IMG/VR virus record: IMGVR_UViG_3300020046_002068
Span: 1,163-65,162 of that record
Reading direction: 5' to 3' (one strand)
Source of the DNA: a virus
Lineage: Duplodnaviria; Caudoviricetes
DNA length: 64,000 nucleotides
The translations under genes were made by a program, and so were the position numbers. This document shows positions 37,401 through 47,328 of the stretch, piece after piece. Every line of letters starts with the position of its first letter. Position 1 is the first letter of the stretch. Below the pieces are notes generated by a model. The model did no database searches. It was given only the letters and a program-made list of their open reading frames with translations, and had not been told where the DNA came from.

Positions 37401-40400
37401 CCGAGACAAACTCGCTCAGGTCGGTGAGCGCATAGTCATCCGCCTTCTTGCCGAGCATACCTTTGACGTAGGTATACATCTGCTCCAGTTCATTGACCGC
37501 TTTGATCTGGTCCTGTGTGACGGTGCCCTTAGCCGTACCTTTGACGATCCGAATGACCCGTTCCGTAGCCGCGTGCGTACCCTCATGCAGCACCAGATGT
37601 TCGGTGACATGTTCGGGATCCAGCGTGATCTGGTCCAAGTCCGGGTTGTACGCGCCTACCTTCTCGCTATCGTACTTGTTGCCGTATGCGTTGTACAGCC
37701 CGACTGCCTTGTTAGCGTAGGCTTCTTCCTCCACACGCTTGATCGTACGCTTGCGTACAGTTGCGTCAGCGCCGGGGTTATAGATTACAACAGCGCGATT
37801 GCCAAGATGCGAGTCGAAGTGAGTACCGCCAAGCACGCCCTTCTGCCACAATGCTTTGGACGCTAGTGCTTTGGCGTCTTCAGATCCTTTAGGTTCGTAC
37901 CAATCTCGCAGCGCGTCAATATTAGCGTCCATACCGCGAGTCCCATCGTTAGCTAGCTTAACCGCTAATACATGGTAGAGAACTCCGGATGACTGCGACG
38001 AATTTTCTAGTGCGCTACGGATACTACCTTGTGCGCTGATAATGCGATTAGCTTCTGGTGTAAACGTGAAGTGCCCGTAGTTGTCATAGGTCTTAATAAC
38101 ACCAAGATCCTCAAACGCCTTCGTCACCTTGTATGCTTGGTTCATCTTATAGACGACCGCATCCCTGAACTGCGGGGCGCGTTCAACCGGGTTGTCCCAG
38201 ACCAGCAGGCTGCTAGGATCAGCCTTGAACTCTAAAAGCAGTTTGTTATACGACTCTTCGTCGAACTCTTTGCTATACGCTCCACGTATCCTCGAACGCA
38301 AGCGCTCTTTCGCCATGTCCGTTTTCGTTTTCTTCGTCGCCATATCAGCGATGCCTTGTATCACGCTGTTGATACTCTGCATAGCTTCGTATATTTTATC
38401 TAGCTCAACTCCAAATATAGCTGCGTCTAGCGAAGAAACAGCCAGTTCCAAGCTGTTGTCTAACTCATCTTTTTGAGCAAGTAGGTCGCGCACCGACCGC
38501 CTAAGAGTGCCTTGCCCCAAAGCCGGTATATCTATTACTGCTCCTGCGTCCATGTTTAGCTGCACAACATTCTGATACAGCCTATGAGTCTCCCTCGAAG
38601 CGTCGTCAAATAGCTTCATCTTGTCGAGTAACGCTACGTACTCGTCGCTAGTACGCTCTCCAGTTTCATCTCTTATGGCCATAGCGTCGTTACGCAGTCC
38701 CCCTCTAACATTACTCAGTGCGCTTCTGAGTTGCTTTGTAGGGCCAAACGATATATTTTCATCGATCATTGGGTCTAGAAACGACCGTAAGGCTAGTGCA
38801 TCAAACTCCGTGCTAACGTCTGGTAGACTGTCCAACAGTTCTTTTGTGCTGAACGGGGTAGGAGCGCCTGCGGTGCTCCGGTACCTTCTAGCTCTGGTAG
38901 CAGCGGTCCCATAGTCATCGCCTGATAGTCCAGTCTTGAATCTACCTTTGTTGGATACCGTACCGAACGATGTGTAGAATCCAGCATCATAGTATTGATC
39001 GCCCAGTCCACCACGCATCTTCATCTCATCACGATCAGTGATGGTGGTAAACGGATTGCTAGGCAAGCCAACCGTCTTGTTCTTGGTGTAGTGGGTAAGC
39101 TGGAACACCTTTTTCTTGTCGTTCCACATGAACTTACCGGGGCCAATCACATCCCCCAGCATCACCTTGGCTTTCATGCCAATGGCTTTGAGCCGTGCCG
39201 CAATGGTACGGTTACGTTCGTTGGGGCTATTGGCAGCGATAGTGTCCAGCAGGGCGTTCACATCCCCGGTCTGCGCCGCTTCAAGCAACGCCGGGTCAGA
39301 CTCCCCCATGGGACCAGCAAAGTAGCTGTTAGCGTCGGGGTCTTGCCCAGTGTATTCGTTATGATCTTTGGCAATCTCGTCAACGTCGATCTGCGATAGC
39401 CCCTTATATCCAGGGGTCTCTGGATCGGCGAAAGCGTCGAATGTTTCCTTCGCTTTGGGGTGCAGATCTACATACGCAGGGGCGCCAGTCGGGCGGTTCT
39501 CGTCATAGAAGTCACGGGCTGCTTGGATAACAGGATCCACCGTCTTTCGAGCACGGCTTTTCTTGAACGGGGCGGGAGGCGTGACAACAGGCGCGACAGG
39601 CGGCGCACTGGGTAGCTCAGCAGGTGCTTGGGGTTGCTCCGCCACTGGGACGGGAGCGGGTTCGACAGGTGTTTCACGTGGAACATCCTGGGTTGCGGTG
39701 GGCTCAGGCGGGGCGGTCGGGGTCTCGATCTCCTGCTGCAGCGACTGGCGGTCGGTGTCAGCCTCGGGATCGTAGCCGAACTTATCCATCAGGTTTTGCA
39801 GGTACCTGGGAACACCTCCACTATCGATGCTATTGACGAACGCCGAATACAGGGCATCCTTGATAGCTTCGACATCTGCATTGGGGTCTTTGCCCAGCAG
39901 CAGTTCACGCAGTGCGCGTTGTTTATTGGTGTTGCCCGACAGGCCAGCTTTCTTCAGATCCTGGGGCGTGATCACCACAACTTCGGGCGCAACGACACCC
40001 TGCTCGGCGGGCGTTTCCGGCACCGGGGCAGCGACGGGGGCAGGTGCAACCACCTGCGCGGCGGGTACCTGCGGGACGATGTTGGGGCCATGCACGGGCA
40101 TGGCGATGTCCACCAGATTGGGGAACCGCTTCATGCCCGCTTCATCGGCCGCACTTTGGGCCTTGCGGGTAGTAGCGGCGGCTACCGCTTCTTGCTTGCG
40201 CTTTGCGCGGTTGGCTTCATCGAACTGGCTCACCCGGTTCGCTTCGTTTACCGCAGCGGCTTCGGAGAACAGACCAAGCTGGCCATCCGCCTCTTCCGCC
40301 GGGAAGTGTGCGTTGTAGGATGCTCGGTTCTCCGCTTCGGTACCGGTCGTGAGCCTGTTAAACATGGGCTCACTGCCCTGCATAGGGGTAGCTACGGTAT

Positions 40401-41664
40401 TGGAACGGGGGAGTTCCGGAGCGACAAAACTCTCTTCGTCCGGGGCGCGCATGTACTCGCGCAGTTGCTTGGGCACCTTGTTCTTAGGTGCAGGCATGTA
40501 ATCGGAAGGCAGGGAATATTGACCGTTGTCATCGACTTCCCCGATCTGCGCCTTAATCGCGGCTTCCTCGGCCAACAGCGGGGCCAACCGCTTGGCTTCC
40601 TCAGCCTTGCGTGCCGCTTCTGCCGCTGCCTTCTCCCGCTCGCCACGGTACCCGGAGTACGCTCCACCCACGGCACCCATACCCGCACCGCCAATCAGAC
40701 CCTGCACCCCTGCGGTACCGGCACCTTCGTACAGCCCACGGCTCGGGTCGATCCCCTGGATCATGGCGTTGCTAGCGACCTTGCCGCCGAACTCCTCGCC
40801 GAACTCGCCACCACTTTCTTTCGCGGCGACCGCTCCCGCTGTCTTCAGAACACCCTTCGCCCCTGCTTTGCCGAAGACTGCGCGTTCAAGTGCTCCACCA
40901 ATGGGGGTCCTGCCCAACACAGCGGATATCCCACCAGCAATACCCCCTGCCTTACGGGCAGCAGACAACGCAATGGCTTCGGCCGCCTCAGCCTCCGACT
41001 TTCCACTAGCAACCAACTCCCTAAACTCGGGCATAGCTCGGAACAGCCCGGGGCTCTGAGCCCAGATCTGTCTAGCTTCCGCAAGGGTGTCACCGCCAAC
41101 ATCACCCCCCTGCATCACAGCATTGGTACCCACTGCCGTGCCCACCGCCACCCGACCCGCCGCCTTGGCCCCCAACTGGAGACCTTTCGAAGCAGCGCCC
41201 GCCGCGCCACCGGTCAACAGGCTGATGATGATCTGCGGTGCGTTCGACGCCAGCACCCCCAGTGCCGCGTGGGGGTTCGTTGCATACTGCTTGATAGCCT
41301 CAGTGACCTCTGACCCCAGCCCTTCCTTCTCTGCTACGGTCAATGCTTGTTGGATACGCATGCGCTCCAACTGCGTGGCAGCGGACTGTTCGCCCCGTGT
41401 TGCCTTACCCTGTTGCTCGAACCAATCACCCACCCGATTGGACCCGAGCCCAACCAGTTCCGGGATGTCTTTGGTGACGATCTTCCCAACATCGTACGCA
41501 CCAGCAACAAGATCCTTGCCTAAGTCTTTCGCCGATGACCGGCGCAGTTTCTTCTCGAAGGCAGGGATCTTCGCTGCGATGTTGGCGTAGGCAGTGTTCG
41601 GCGGGACATCATCCGGGATATCACTGACCAGCGTACCGTCAGGTAGCTTGAGGGTGTACGGCAC
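34444..41664 (-). CDS. Large polyvalent protein, 2406 aa (internal virion/ejected, DarB-like class)
   Basis: Gly/Ala-rich N-terminus, HEGTH zincin (MPTase-like), ART-like segment, C-terminal LPD38-like region; last gene of the morphogenesis operon. Confidence 0.8.
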   Translation of the reverse strand: MPYTLKLPDGTLVSDIPDDVPPNTAYANIAAKIPAFEKKLRRSSAKDLGKDLVAGAYDVGKIVTKDIPELVGLGSNRVGDWFEQQGKATRGEQSAATQLERMRIQQALTVAEKEGLGSEVTEAIKQYATNPHAALGVLASNAPQIIISLLTGGAAGAASKGLQLGAKAAGRVAVGTAVGTNAVMQGGDVGGDTLAEARQIWAQSPGLFRAMPEFRELVASGKSEAEAAEAIALSAARKAGGIAGGISAVLGRTPIGGALERAVFGKAGAKGVLKTAGAVAAKESGGEFGEEFGGKVASNAMIQGIDPSRGLYEGAGTAGVQGLIGGAGMGAVGGAYSGYRGEREKAAAEAARKAEEAKRLAPLLAEEAAIKAQIGEVDDNGQYSLPSDYMPAPKNKVPKQLREYMRAPDEESFVAPELPRSNTVATPMQGSEPMFNRLTTGTEAENRASYNAHFPAEEADGQLGLFSEAAAVNEANRVSQFDEANRAKRKQEAVAAATTRKAQSAADEAGMKRFPNLVDIAMPVHGPNIVPQVPAAQVVAPAPVAAPVPETPAEQGVVAPEVVVITPQDLKKAGLSGNTNKQRALRELLLGKDPNADVEAIKDALYSAFVNSIDSGGVPRYLQNLMDKFGYDPEADTDRQSLQQEIETPTAPPEPTATQDVPRETPVEPAPVPVAEQPQAPAELPSAPPVAPVVTPPAPFKKSRARKTVDPVIQAARDFYDENRPTGAPAYVDLHPKAKETFDAFADPETPGYKGLSQIDVDEIAKDHNEYTGQDPDANSYFAGPMGESDPALLEAAQTGDVNALLDTIAANSPNERNRTIAARLKAIGMKAKVMLGDVIGPGKFMWNDKKKVFQLTHYTKNKTVGLPSNPFTTITDRDEMKMRGGLGDQYYDAGFYTSFGTVSNKGRFKTGLSGDDYGTAATRARRYRSTAGAPTPFSTKELLDSLPDVSTEFDALALRSFLDPMIDENISFGPTKQLRSALSNVRGGLRNDAMAIRDETGERTSDEYVALLDKMKLFDDASRETHRLYQNVVQLNMDAGAVIDIPALGQGTLRRSVRDLLAQKDELDNSLELAVSSLDAAIFGVELDKIYEAMQSINSVIQGIADMATKKTKTDMAKERLRSRIRGAYSKEFDEESYNKLLLEFKADPSSLLVWDNPVERAPQFRDAVVYKMNQAYKVTKAFEDLGVIKTYDNYGHFTFTPEANRIISAQGSIRSALENSSQSSGVLYHVLAVKLANDGTRGMDANIDALRDWYEPKGSEDAKALASKALWQKGVLGGTHFDSHLGNRAVVIYNPGADATVRKRTIKRVEEEAYANKAVGLYNAYGNKYDSEKVGAYNPDLDQITLDPEHVTEHLVLHEGTHAATERVIRIVKGTAKGTVTQDQIKAVNELEQMYTYVKGMLGKKADDYALTDLSEFVSETWSNEAFVTKLKAIPSPGPSFRSLWDRLVYLVQRILGIPQGPSKNSVLKQTDAAIERILGTPDFAADTPSGNVYAEAPERAAVEGPAKAPLTEEELIKRETPSPESGLRKMSANFLDTILGNTVKLKKRDGTVVETKLPSLAEVDIADNKARLRAKFDALGNPIIGESGKLSGIALADYADSTIPTLAQGVLEYGPLKFNEVGRPIVDTDNPGPNYIQVMDSLSAAAKAADMPITRAVGMLNAALKGKRAAAVMSNDIEANARVRNLGIPAEEQALGDKIWNENPWIAETYNIMRAHLNGQIDAMVEAGKIPQVKAQEWKDATYYVPFLRVFNESMLDDANSSVAGLNSPMNVVRTLIGGKEPLKDVLTGMMDQSMFMTAAAIKSNAARAIGKQAYSLGLAAWVKKPHISGEGSKNYDVKFYEEDGSERGVRFFDREDALAIGSTTQELGPLMTLFQKTSALLRAGIVRMPDFAVRDLARNSSQAYYFSGDQSGIVKTMMRVYGNAAKNWGQHAKQLAGGQGNYSDVNKALKSAGLAGGYNYIGDMHEMDSVRSRFGLLAGTSTKLFRKMMDAVYIDTDMANKENLVKQLEAQGASREEAMYRAYGMAPFSQRGRWPIVRTIASMAPFIQANIKGLHVLSLMIRGNASTIPVEQRQAVKQMFWRRGAYTALLIGVYAMLMDDDEIYNAESPSSRDMNLIIPISEHEGLRMPIAPEAALLFKIPVERMVRWMMGKDDAWRGIGGSLMDNYNPLWGIMPGEGGPQLIKPWVELAAGKSLHSGAPIVPMRLQGLDPKEQYTADTTEVAKMIGSLFSHVPGAPEWTQSPVKVEHMVRGVLGNAAMFGLQMSSAMVDAVWGGDNQAPSRPATRMAGLSSMFASDVKGNQQAIFYELKQQADRAAKTWKDLQTKDKDAASEYFDEHKAIIEGKKLLDGINGEIVKLRKEQRKMLADPEIGADEKSNLRDEFTRAINTRASEARILVRTLE

Positions 41665-43251
41665 TTAGTAGGCTCGCTTGATCTCTTGTCCGTTAGGGGC
41701 GCGGGGGACTGCTTTACCACCAGTGAGGTCGCCGTAGGAGATGCTACGCCCTGATGCTCCACCTTTCAGCGGGCGACCAGTGATACGTTCGTACGCCTCA
41801 CTTACGGCTTCCAGATCGGTCTTACCAACACGCTGTGCAATGGCCAGTGCTTTAAGATCGTTGCCATTAGCATCTGTACCGCCGCTGCCACCACCTGCCC
41901 CACTCCGACCAGCCCTAGCCGCTGCAGCATTGGCTCGAACAGTATTCGACCCAGCATCCGCCTTAGCTTTCTCAGCCTGCGCACTGCGCAGTTCTCCAAG
42001 TTGTGCGGTGTTAGCTTTAGCATTCTCCGCCAGGGCTTTGTAATATTCGCCTTTATTCCGTTCTGCGCTTGCTGCAATGTCTGCTGTTCTGGACTGTTGG
42101 GCAAACGTACGGTCCCACCGGTCGTCGGTGATATCTTGTGCACGCAGTTCGCGGGCAGTCTTGTTGATGTTGGCCGCACGGGTAGCACCGTACTTGGCGA
42201 AGTCCATCCCCGCAGCGAGGCGTGCCTTGTCTGTATCTTTGTTGCCGCGAAGGTCGTGCTCGTACTGCATGAGGGCCGATGCTGCCCCCTCACCCGCTGC
42301 CGACAGAAATCGACTGGACTTGGTGTTCATCATGCCGATGCCTGCCTTGAGCATGGCGTTATTGACCATATCCTCTTTGGACGTTTTCTGCTGGTCCATC
42401 ATAGCCATGTACTTCTCACGCATCCCAGCGATACCATCCGGGTTAGCGTCTTCCGCCTGTTTCATGTAGGCAGCGAAGTCATCCGGGCGTTTGCTGGTGG
42501 GCGCGACTGCGCCAATCCCTGCGGCGGCGGGACTCGAAGCCCCTGTGAGCGCCGTTGACCCGACATCCATGGAAGCAAGATACGGTGCTTGGTCTTCGAC
42601 AGGCGTGCTGCTTTGGCCAGCATAGGCGCGAACAGGCCCAGCTTCGGGGTACGGACCGGCACTGACGGGCGGCGCAGCCACTTGCGGGCCGGGTCGGACA
42701 GCGCCGATCCCTGCGCGGGCGGCGGGTGGGGCAGCAACACCGGGCTGGTTGGGTACTGGGGTCACGGGGGTCGGGACATTCCCAGGCTCATAGCCCGCGC
42801 CACGCTCACGCATGGCAGAGGTCGGACGCGGCGACCCGTAGATACCCGCCGATGCCTTCACGCGCTCAGGAGTCAGGAACGTGTTCTCCGGACCCATCTG
42901 GTACCAGGGTCGCTTGCGGCGCTTGATCTCTTCCAGTGCGCGCCACGTCTCGATGTCCATCCCGGGCGGGGGTTGAGTCGGGCCAGAGTTCAGTTCAGCC
43001 GTATCGGTGTACATGCCACGCAGGTTGATGGGCGCACCGATGCCACCCATCCGGTCAAGCTCAGATCGCCCCCCGCCGCTGAAATGCTGCACCTGCCCGC
43101 CTTGCGCGAACTTCTTGCGCAGGGCTTGGCGGCGTTCAAGCTCACCCAGAATGACATAGGACGGTGCCGCACCGGACGGGCGCTGCATCTCCTGCATCAG
43201 CACTTCATCGGGTAGGTTCTTGATCCGCTCCGCCAGTTGCGCCGGGTGCAT
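41665..43251 (-). CDS. Putative internal virion protein, 528 aa
   Basis: Low-complexity helical protein in the ejection-protein position. Confidence 0.6.
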   Translation of the reverse strand: MHPAQLAERIKNLPDEVLMQEMQRPSGAAPSYVILGELERRQALRKKFAQGGQVQHFSGGGRSELDRMGGIGAPINLRGMYTDTAELNSGPTQPPPGMDIETWRALEEIKRRKRPWYQMGPENTFLTPERVKASAGIYGSPRPTSAMRERGAGYEPGNVPTPVTPVPNQPGVAAPPAARAGIGAVRPGPQVAAPPVSAGPYPEAGPVRAYAGQSSTPVEDQAPYLASMDVGSTALTGASSPAAAGIGAVAPTSKRPDDFAAYMKQAEDANPDGIAGMREKYMAMMDQQKTSKEDMVNNAMLKAGIGMMNTKSSRFLSAAGEGAASALMQYEHDLRGNKDTDKARLAAGMDFAKYGATRAANINKTARELRAQDITDDRWDRTFAQQSRTADIAASAERNKGEYYKALAENAKANTAQLGELRSAQAEKAKADAGSNTVRANAAAARAGRSGAGGGSGGTDANGNDLKALAIAQRVGKTDLEAVSEAYERITGRPLKGGASGRSISYGDLTGGKAVPRAPNGQEIKRAY

Positions 43252-43252
43252 A

Positions 43253-44266
43253 TTAGGTTCCCATCATCTTATACAGGGCAGCGGCCGACAGGCCCGCACC
43301 GGTCAGTTGCGCCAGTTGGTTGGGCGCAGGCTGGGTCTGCGTAGTCACAGTACCGTAGTTGCCACCACGGAGCATGGCGTTGTAGAATTGGAGTTGGGTC
43401 TTATCCCAGTCACGGTTCTCTAGGTAATTGTTGTACGCAATATCCCTAGCGGTCTGGCCTAGCTGTTGCTGCTGTTGTCCGGACTGGTTCAGAGCCGCCA
43501 AGTTTTTAAGCTGTGCGTCTTGCTCCATCGTGCCAAGTTGTCCAAGTTGCCCCGCAGATGACAGCATAGTACGAGCAGCATCAAGCCCAAAACCAGCGCC
43601 GTACTGATTAGAAGCCTCGCGCATTTGCTGCGCAGTCTGGAAGGCGCGTTGATTAGCGAACTGGGAATTCGCGTCAGAAAGCCTGTCCCTCTCGAATTGG
43701 CCTTGCGCATTCTCAAACCCCGATTGGAGACCCTGCACGCCGATCTTATTGATCTCTGCAGCCGTGTTGCGTTCCGCCTCGGACTGTTGAATGCCATGAC
43801 GATAACCGCCATATGCACCTGCTTTGGCGGCATCGAGCCCACGAAGACTGGTCTGAACATCGGCACTGCGTTGGGCTGCGCCCTGTGCCAACTTGGTGAC
43901 GTTCTCTTGGTACGGACTGTTGTAGAAGTTCAGTGCATTCTGGTCGAACTTGGACGATGTGGTGTACATCGGGTCGAAGTTGCCAGGGGTGTAGTTCCCC
44001 ATAGCCTGCATAGCCGTATCACCAGCGAAGGCGGTACGGTTAGATGCATCACCGATCTGTCCAGGGATGGCTAGTGATCTAGCCTGAGTCATACCAGCGA
44101 TCTGGTCCATATTGAAGTTCTCAATACGGGGATCTTGGTACGGCTGATACTGCTGGGTGCCCGCACCGCGAGACTTCTCCAGCAACTCAGTGAAGTAGGG
44201 CCGAGCGTACTCCGGCAGGTTGGTTTGCGTTACCGTTGAATTGCCGCCGCCGTCGGAACCTGACAT
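43253..44266 (-). CDS. Putative DNA-transfer (pilot-like) protein, 337 aa
   Basis: Q/A/G-rich; TQTNLPEYARPY and GAYGGYRHGI motifs typical of podovirus ejection proteins. Confidence 0.65.
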   Translation of the reverse strand: MSGSDGGGNSTVTQTNLPEYARPYFTELLEKSRGAGTQQYQPYQDPRIENFNMDQIAGMTQARSLAIPGQIGDASNRTAFAGDTAMQAMGNYTPGNFDPMYTTSSKFDQNALNFYNSPYQENVTKLAQGAAQRSADVQTSLRGLDAAKAGAYGGYRHGIQQSEAERNTAAEINKIGVQGLQSGFENAQGQFERDRLSDANSQFANQRAFQTAQQMREASNQYGAGFGLDAARTMLSSAGQLGQLGTMEQDAQLKNLAALNQSGQQQQQLGQTARDIAYNNYLENRDWDKTQLQFYNAMLRGGNYGTVTTQTQPAPNQLAQLTGAGLSAAALYKMMGT

Positions 44267-44273
44267 AACTACC

Positions 44274-44714
44274 TCACAATTGTTTGCGAACCACTGCGCA
44301 TACTTCTTCGAACCCTACTTTTCGAAGCAGCCGAGCGATGGACTTCCGTACATTACCTTCTATGTACCTACATCCGTTGGCTTTAGCGTACAGTTCCAGA
44401 TCTTCGTACATCCGCTTCTGCGTGGTCGGGCCGTAGCCCCCCGCAGCTAAGACAAAGCCAACCCGGAAGTTGGCGTAGTCTTTTATACTCATCACAACTG
44501 CCCCTAATACATCCACCGTATCAGGGTCTATCATCACTAACAGTTGAGCTTCACGTCTGGCCAGTAGGAACCTAAGTTGCTCAATTGTCATCCCATCGTG
44601 GGCATGCTTCAACGCAGGTACTAGGTACGGTACAGCTTTCGGCCAGACTACTTCATACAACTCTGGCTGTACTAACTGCAACCGTAGTTCAACCGCCGTC
44701 CCCACCTTGCGCAC
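44274..44714 (-). CDS. GNAT-like small protein, 146 aa
   Basis: AKANGCRYIEGNVRKSIARLLRKVGF C-terminal GNAT-like pattern. Confidence 0.55.
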   Translation of the reverse strand: MRKVGTAVELRLQLVQPELYEVVWPKAVPYLVPALKHAHDGMTIEQLRFLLARREAQLLVMIDPDTVDVLGAVVMSIKDYANFRVGFVLAAGGYGPTTQKRMYEDLELYAKANGCRYIEGNVRKSIARLLRKVGFEEVCAVVRKQL

Positions 44715-46227
44715 CGTTGTATGCAGGGGTCGTTGCCGCTGCCCGAGCCGTCGCCGCTGCGTCGCTGGCGATCTCTTCCGCCTTGTCAGCCAAAGGCTTC
44801 ACCGCAGTGGTCTGGAAGTTCTGCATCACCGTTGGGGCGAATCGAGTGGTGAACAAACCATCATTACCATAGGGGGACACGCGGCCCTCAGCTTCACCAT
44901 GGGTATTAAAGTGTAGCGCTGCAAACTGTGCAGGGGTATACTGATCCATATACCCGTTCGACTTGGGTGTACCCCGGCCCACGTTCGCGTCGTTGTAATA
45001 CGCATCTCTCACATCTTTATATGCGTCGAAGTACCTCGCCTTGCCCGGGCCATCAACTTCAGCGTAACCAGTGAACGGGGTATAGAACGGCATCTGGGGC
45101 GAATAAGCTCCAGTAGTACCATACCCATACAATGCAGCAAGACCAGCAGAAGTAGGAGACATCTGCCGCTGGCCCTGCATACGGTCATGAAGCTGTTGGG
45201 CAAGTTCAGCGTTGTTCCCCTGCAGTTGCGGGCTCACCCGATTCTGGCCGACGGGGTAGTAGTTGCTCTGCGCACCCAGCCCCAATGCATTGGAGAAGTT
45301 ATTGGTAGGCTGGTAGGTACGCTGCTCGCCCTGTCCATGTGTGCTGTAATGCTGATTGGCGAACGTCACCGGATCCATACCCGACGCTTCCCACGCCGTC
45401 TGCAGATCAGGGTAGTTGTAGATGTACTGCAGGGACTGAGTGCGCGTCAGCCCCCCTTGGCCTGGAGTGATGGTGTTACCCAGCCCCCCAAGCGCGCCAC
45501 CAATCGACCCTCCCGCTGCGGGAGGGGGTGCAGCCGAGCCTCGATCAATCAGGCCCGGATTGATGTTACCACCGGCTCCGGAGCCGGTCCCACCACCGGT
45601 AGGGAGAGGTGAACCGCCACCTCCCGGGGGCGGAGCAGTGACGGGTGCGGGGGCTGCGACGGGGGCGGGGGTAGGTGCAGGGGTGCCAGCGGGCACGCCC
45701 CAGGCACGACCTTCTTTGCTACCGTGGTTGTTGTAGTGCGTCTGCGCAAACGCCGTGGGGTTGAGCCCATAGTTGTTTGCTTGGTACGCGCCCCACACAT
45801 CCGGGTTGGCAGCGAAGTATGCCTGCGCATCCTGGCTCATGTAGTTCGAGCCAGCCGAAGACGTTCCCGTGGGCATAGCGCCGGACGCCATGAGTTGCTG
45901 CTGAGCCATAGCCCCGGCGTTGTAGTTCTCGGGGAACGGGCTCGGGTCAGGCACTCCGGTGTTGGCCGGAGTAGCGTTGCCAGACCACTTCATCAATTCC
46001 TTGGCCTGCTCCGGGGTGTACTTGATGGAGCTATCCCCACGGACAAGGTACCCGTCAGTCGTTTGCTGCCAACCTTCCGGTAAGGTAGGCGGAGCCGCTT
46101 GACCAGTAGACCCCGCCAATTGACTAGGGGTCATGATGTTGCTAGGGTCCCCAGCAATGGGGTTGATTCTGGCGTAGACTGTGCCAGTCCAGACATACCC
46201 GTCCGGAGCAGGGAGGGGTGCAGCCAT
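44689..46227 (-). CDS. Putative virion protein with three HY..hG..EGR repeats, 512 aa
   Basis: Repeats separated by Pro/Gly linkers. Confidence 0.65.
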   Translation of the reverse strand: MAAPLPAPDGYVWTGTVYARINPIAGDPSNIMTPSQLAGSTGQAAPPTLPEGWQQTTDGYLVRGDSSIKYTPEQAKELMKWSGNATPANTGVPDPSPFPENYNAGAMAQQQLMASGAMPTGTSSAGSNYMSQDAQAYFAANPDVWGAYQANNYGLNPTAFAQTHYNNHGSKEGRAWGVPAGTPAPTPAPVAAPAPVTAPPPGGGGSPLPTGGGTGSGAGGNINPGLIDRGSAAPPPAAGGSIGGALGGLGNTITPGQGGLTRTQSLQYIYNYPDLQTAWEASGMDPVTFANQHYSTHGQGEQRTYQPTNNFSNALGLGAQSNYYPVGQNRVSPQLQGNNAELAQQLHDRMQGQRQMSPTSAGLAALYGYGTTGAYSPQMPFYTPFTGYAEVDGPGKARYFDAYKDVRDAYYNDANVGRGTPKSNGYMDQYTPAQFAALHFNTHGEAEGRVSPYGNDGLFTTRFAPTVMQNFQTTAVKPLADKAEEIASDAAATARAAATTPAYNGAQGGDGG

Positions 46228-47321
46228 TATACCTCCGACAAATAACGTTCCGCGTCGATAGCGGGAGCTTGATTAGACCTACCCGTGCGGGCCTTGCGAA
46301 GCTGCTTAACTAGATCGTCGAGCTTACCGGCCCCAGCATTGGACGAACCATTACCAATATGTGATACAGCGTCAGCAGGAATGACGTATTCTCCATCTGC
46401 CAGTGCCGCCGGTTGCTCACCTTCAATGGTCGTCGGAACATCATCACTCATCCCATCACCAGCGCCTTGCACGTACCGACCGGATCCCTCACCAAATGCG
46501 TACATCAACTTAGGATCATCCGGACCGGTGAGGAGTTCTGCAGCGGGGCCTTCACCACGCATCAGATCGGACAGCGCTTCCTGCCGACTACCATAGTTCT
46601 GCCGAAGCATCATGATAGCGCCCATTGGGTGATCAGGCGAGTGCAATTGTGCAAGCCCACCCTGCGCGAAGTACCGCTGTCCACCCCCAAACCCACCGGA
46701 GTATCCATTGGCCCCCGGAGCGTTCATCCGGCGGCGCTGCGCGACCGGGTCGAGCGGCTTGCTGAAATCCTCCTGCGGTGCCCCGCCACCCCCACCACCG
46801 ACCAACGCACCCAAGCCCTGCGCACCAGCCATCATCATCATGGGATTGCTGGCCATCTTGGAGAAGAACCCAGGTGCCTGTGCAATGCCGGACGCGGGGC
46901 CTTGCATGCCGCCGATCCCTTGGGTCAGTGCCGGAATGTTGCCGCCTGCCATCGGCTGCGCCATGGCTCCGAGTCCCTGGCTCATCAGGGGGGAGTTCAG
47001 ATTGGCGGGGGGTAAGGCAGCGCCCGTCAGCGGCATGGAGTTCATGGCGGTGGTCGGCAGTTGTGAGGCTGCTTCCATCCCCGCTGCGCCGATCCCCTGA
47101 GTCGCGCCTTGGGCTGCGGCTTCGCCGATCTGCATGCCACCAGCAAGATTACCGCCAAGCCCACCCATCGCAGCGGCCATCAGGATCGCTTCAGCGCCAC
47201 CCCCATCAGCAGCAGCGCCAGCGCCCGACCCAGCGGCAGCGCCCCACGCGGTGCCCACTCCCGGGATGATCGACCCGGCCAAGCCGCCGAGTACCCCACC
47301 GATAAGCGATCCCCACTTCAT
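46227..47321 (-). CDS. Putative internal virion protein, 364 aa
   Basis: Gly/Ala-rich N-terminus; C-terminal GAGDGMSDDVP...LADGEYVIPADAV motif as in tail/tape-measure-type proteins. Confidence 0.65.
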   Translation of the reverse strand: MKWGSLIGGVLGGLAGSIIPGVGTAWGAAAGSGAGAAADGGGAEAILMAAAMGGLGGNLAGGMQIGEAAAQGATQGIGAAGMEAASQLPTTAMNSMPLTGAALPPANLNSPLMSQGLGAMAQPMAGGNIPALTQGIGGMQGPASGIAQAPGFFSKMASNPMMMMAGAQGLGALVGGGGGGAPQEDFSKPLDPVAQRRRMNAPGANGYSGGFGGGQRYFAQGGLAQLHSPDHPMGAIMMLRQNYGSRQEALSDLMRGEGPAAELLTGPDDPKLMYAFGEGSGRYVQGAGDGMSDDVPTTIEGEQPAALADGEYVIPADAVSHIGNGSSNAGAGKLDDLVKQLRKARTGRSNQAPAIDAERYLSEV

Positions 47322-47328
47322 AGTTCAC

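Noticed and set aside
37700-39110. Intein in the giant protein
   Set aside because: No C/S start with His-Asn end at plausible junctions and no LAGLIDADG motif; an ART-like domain fits better.
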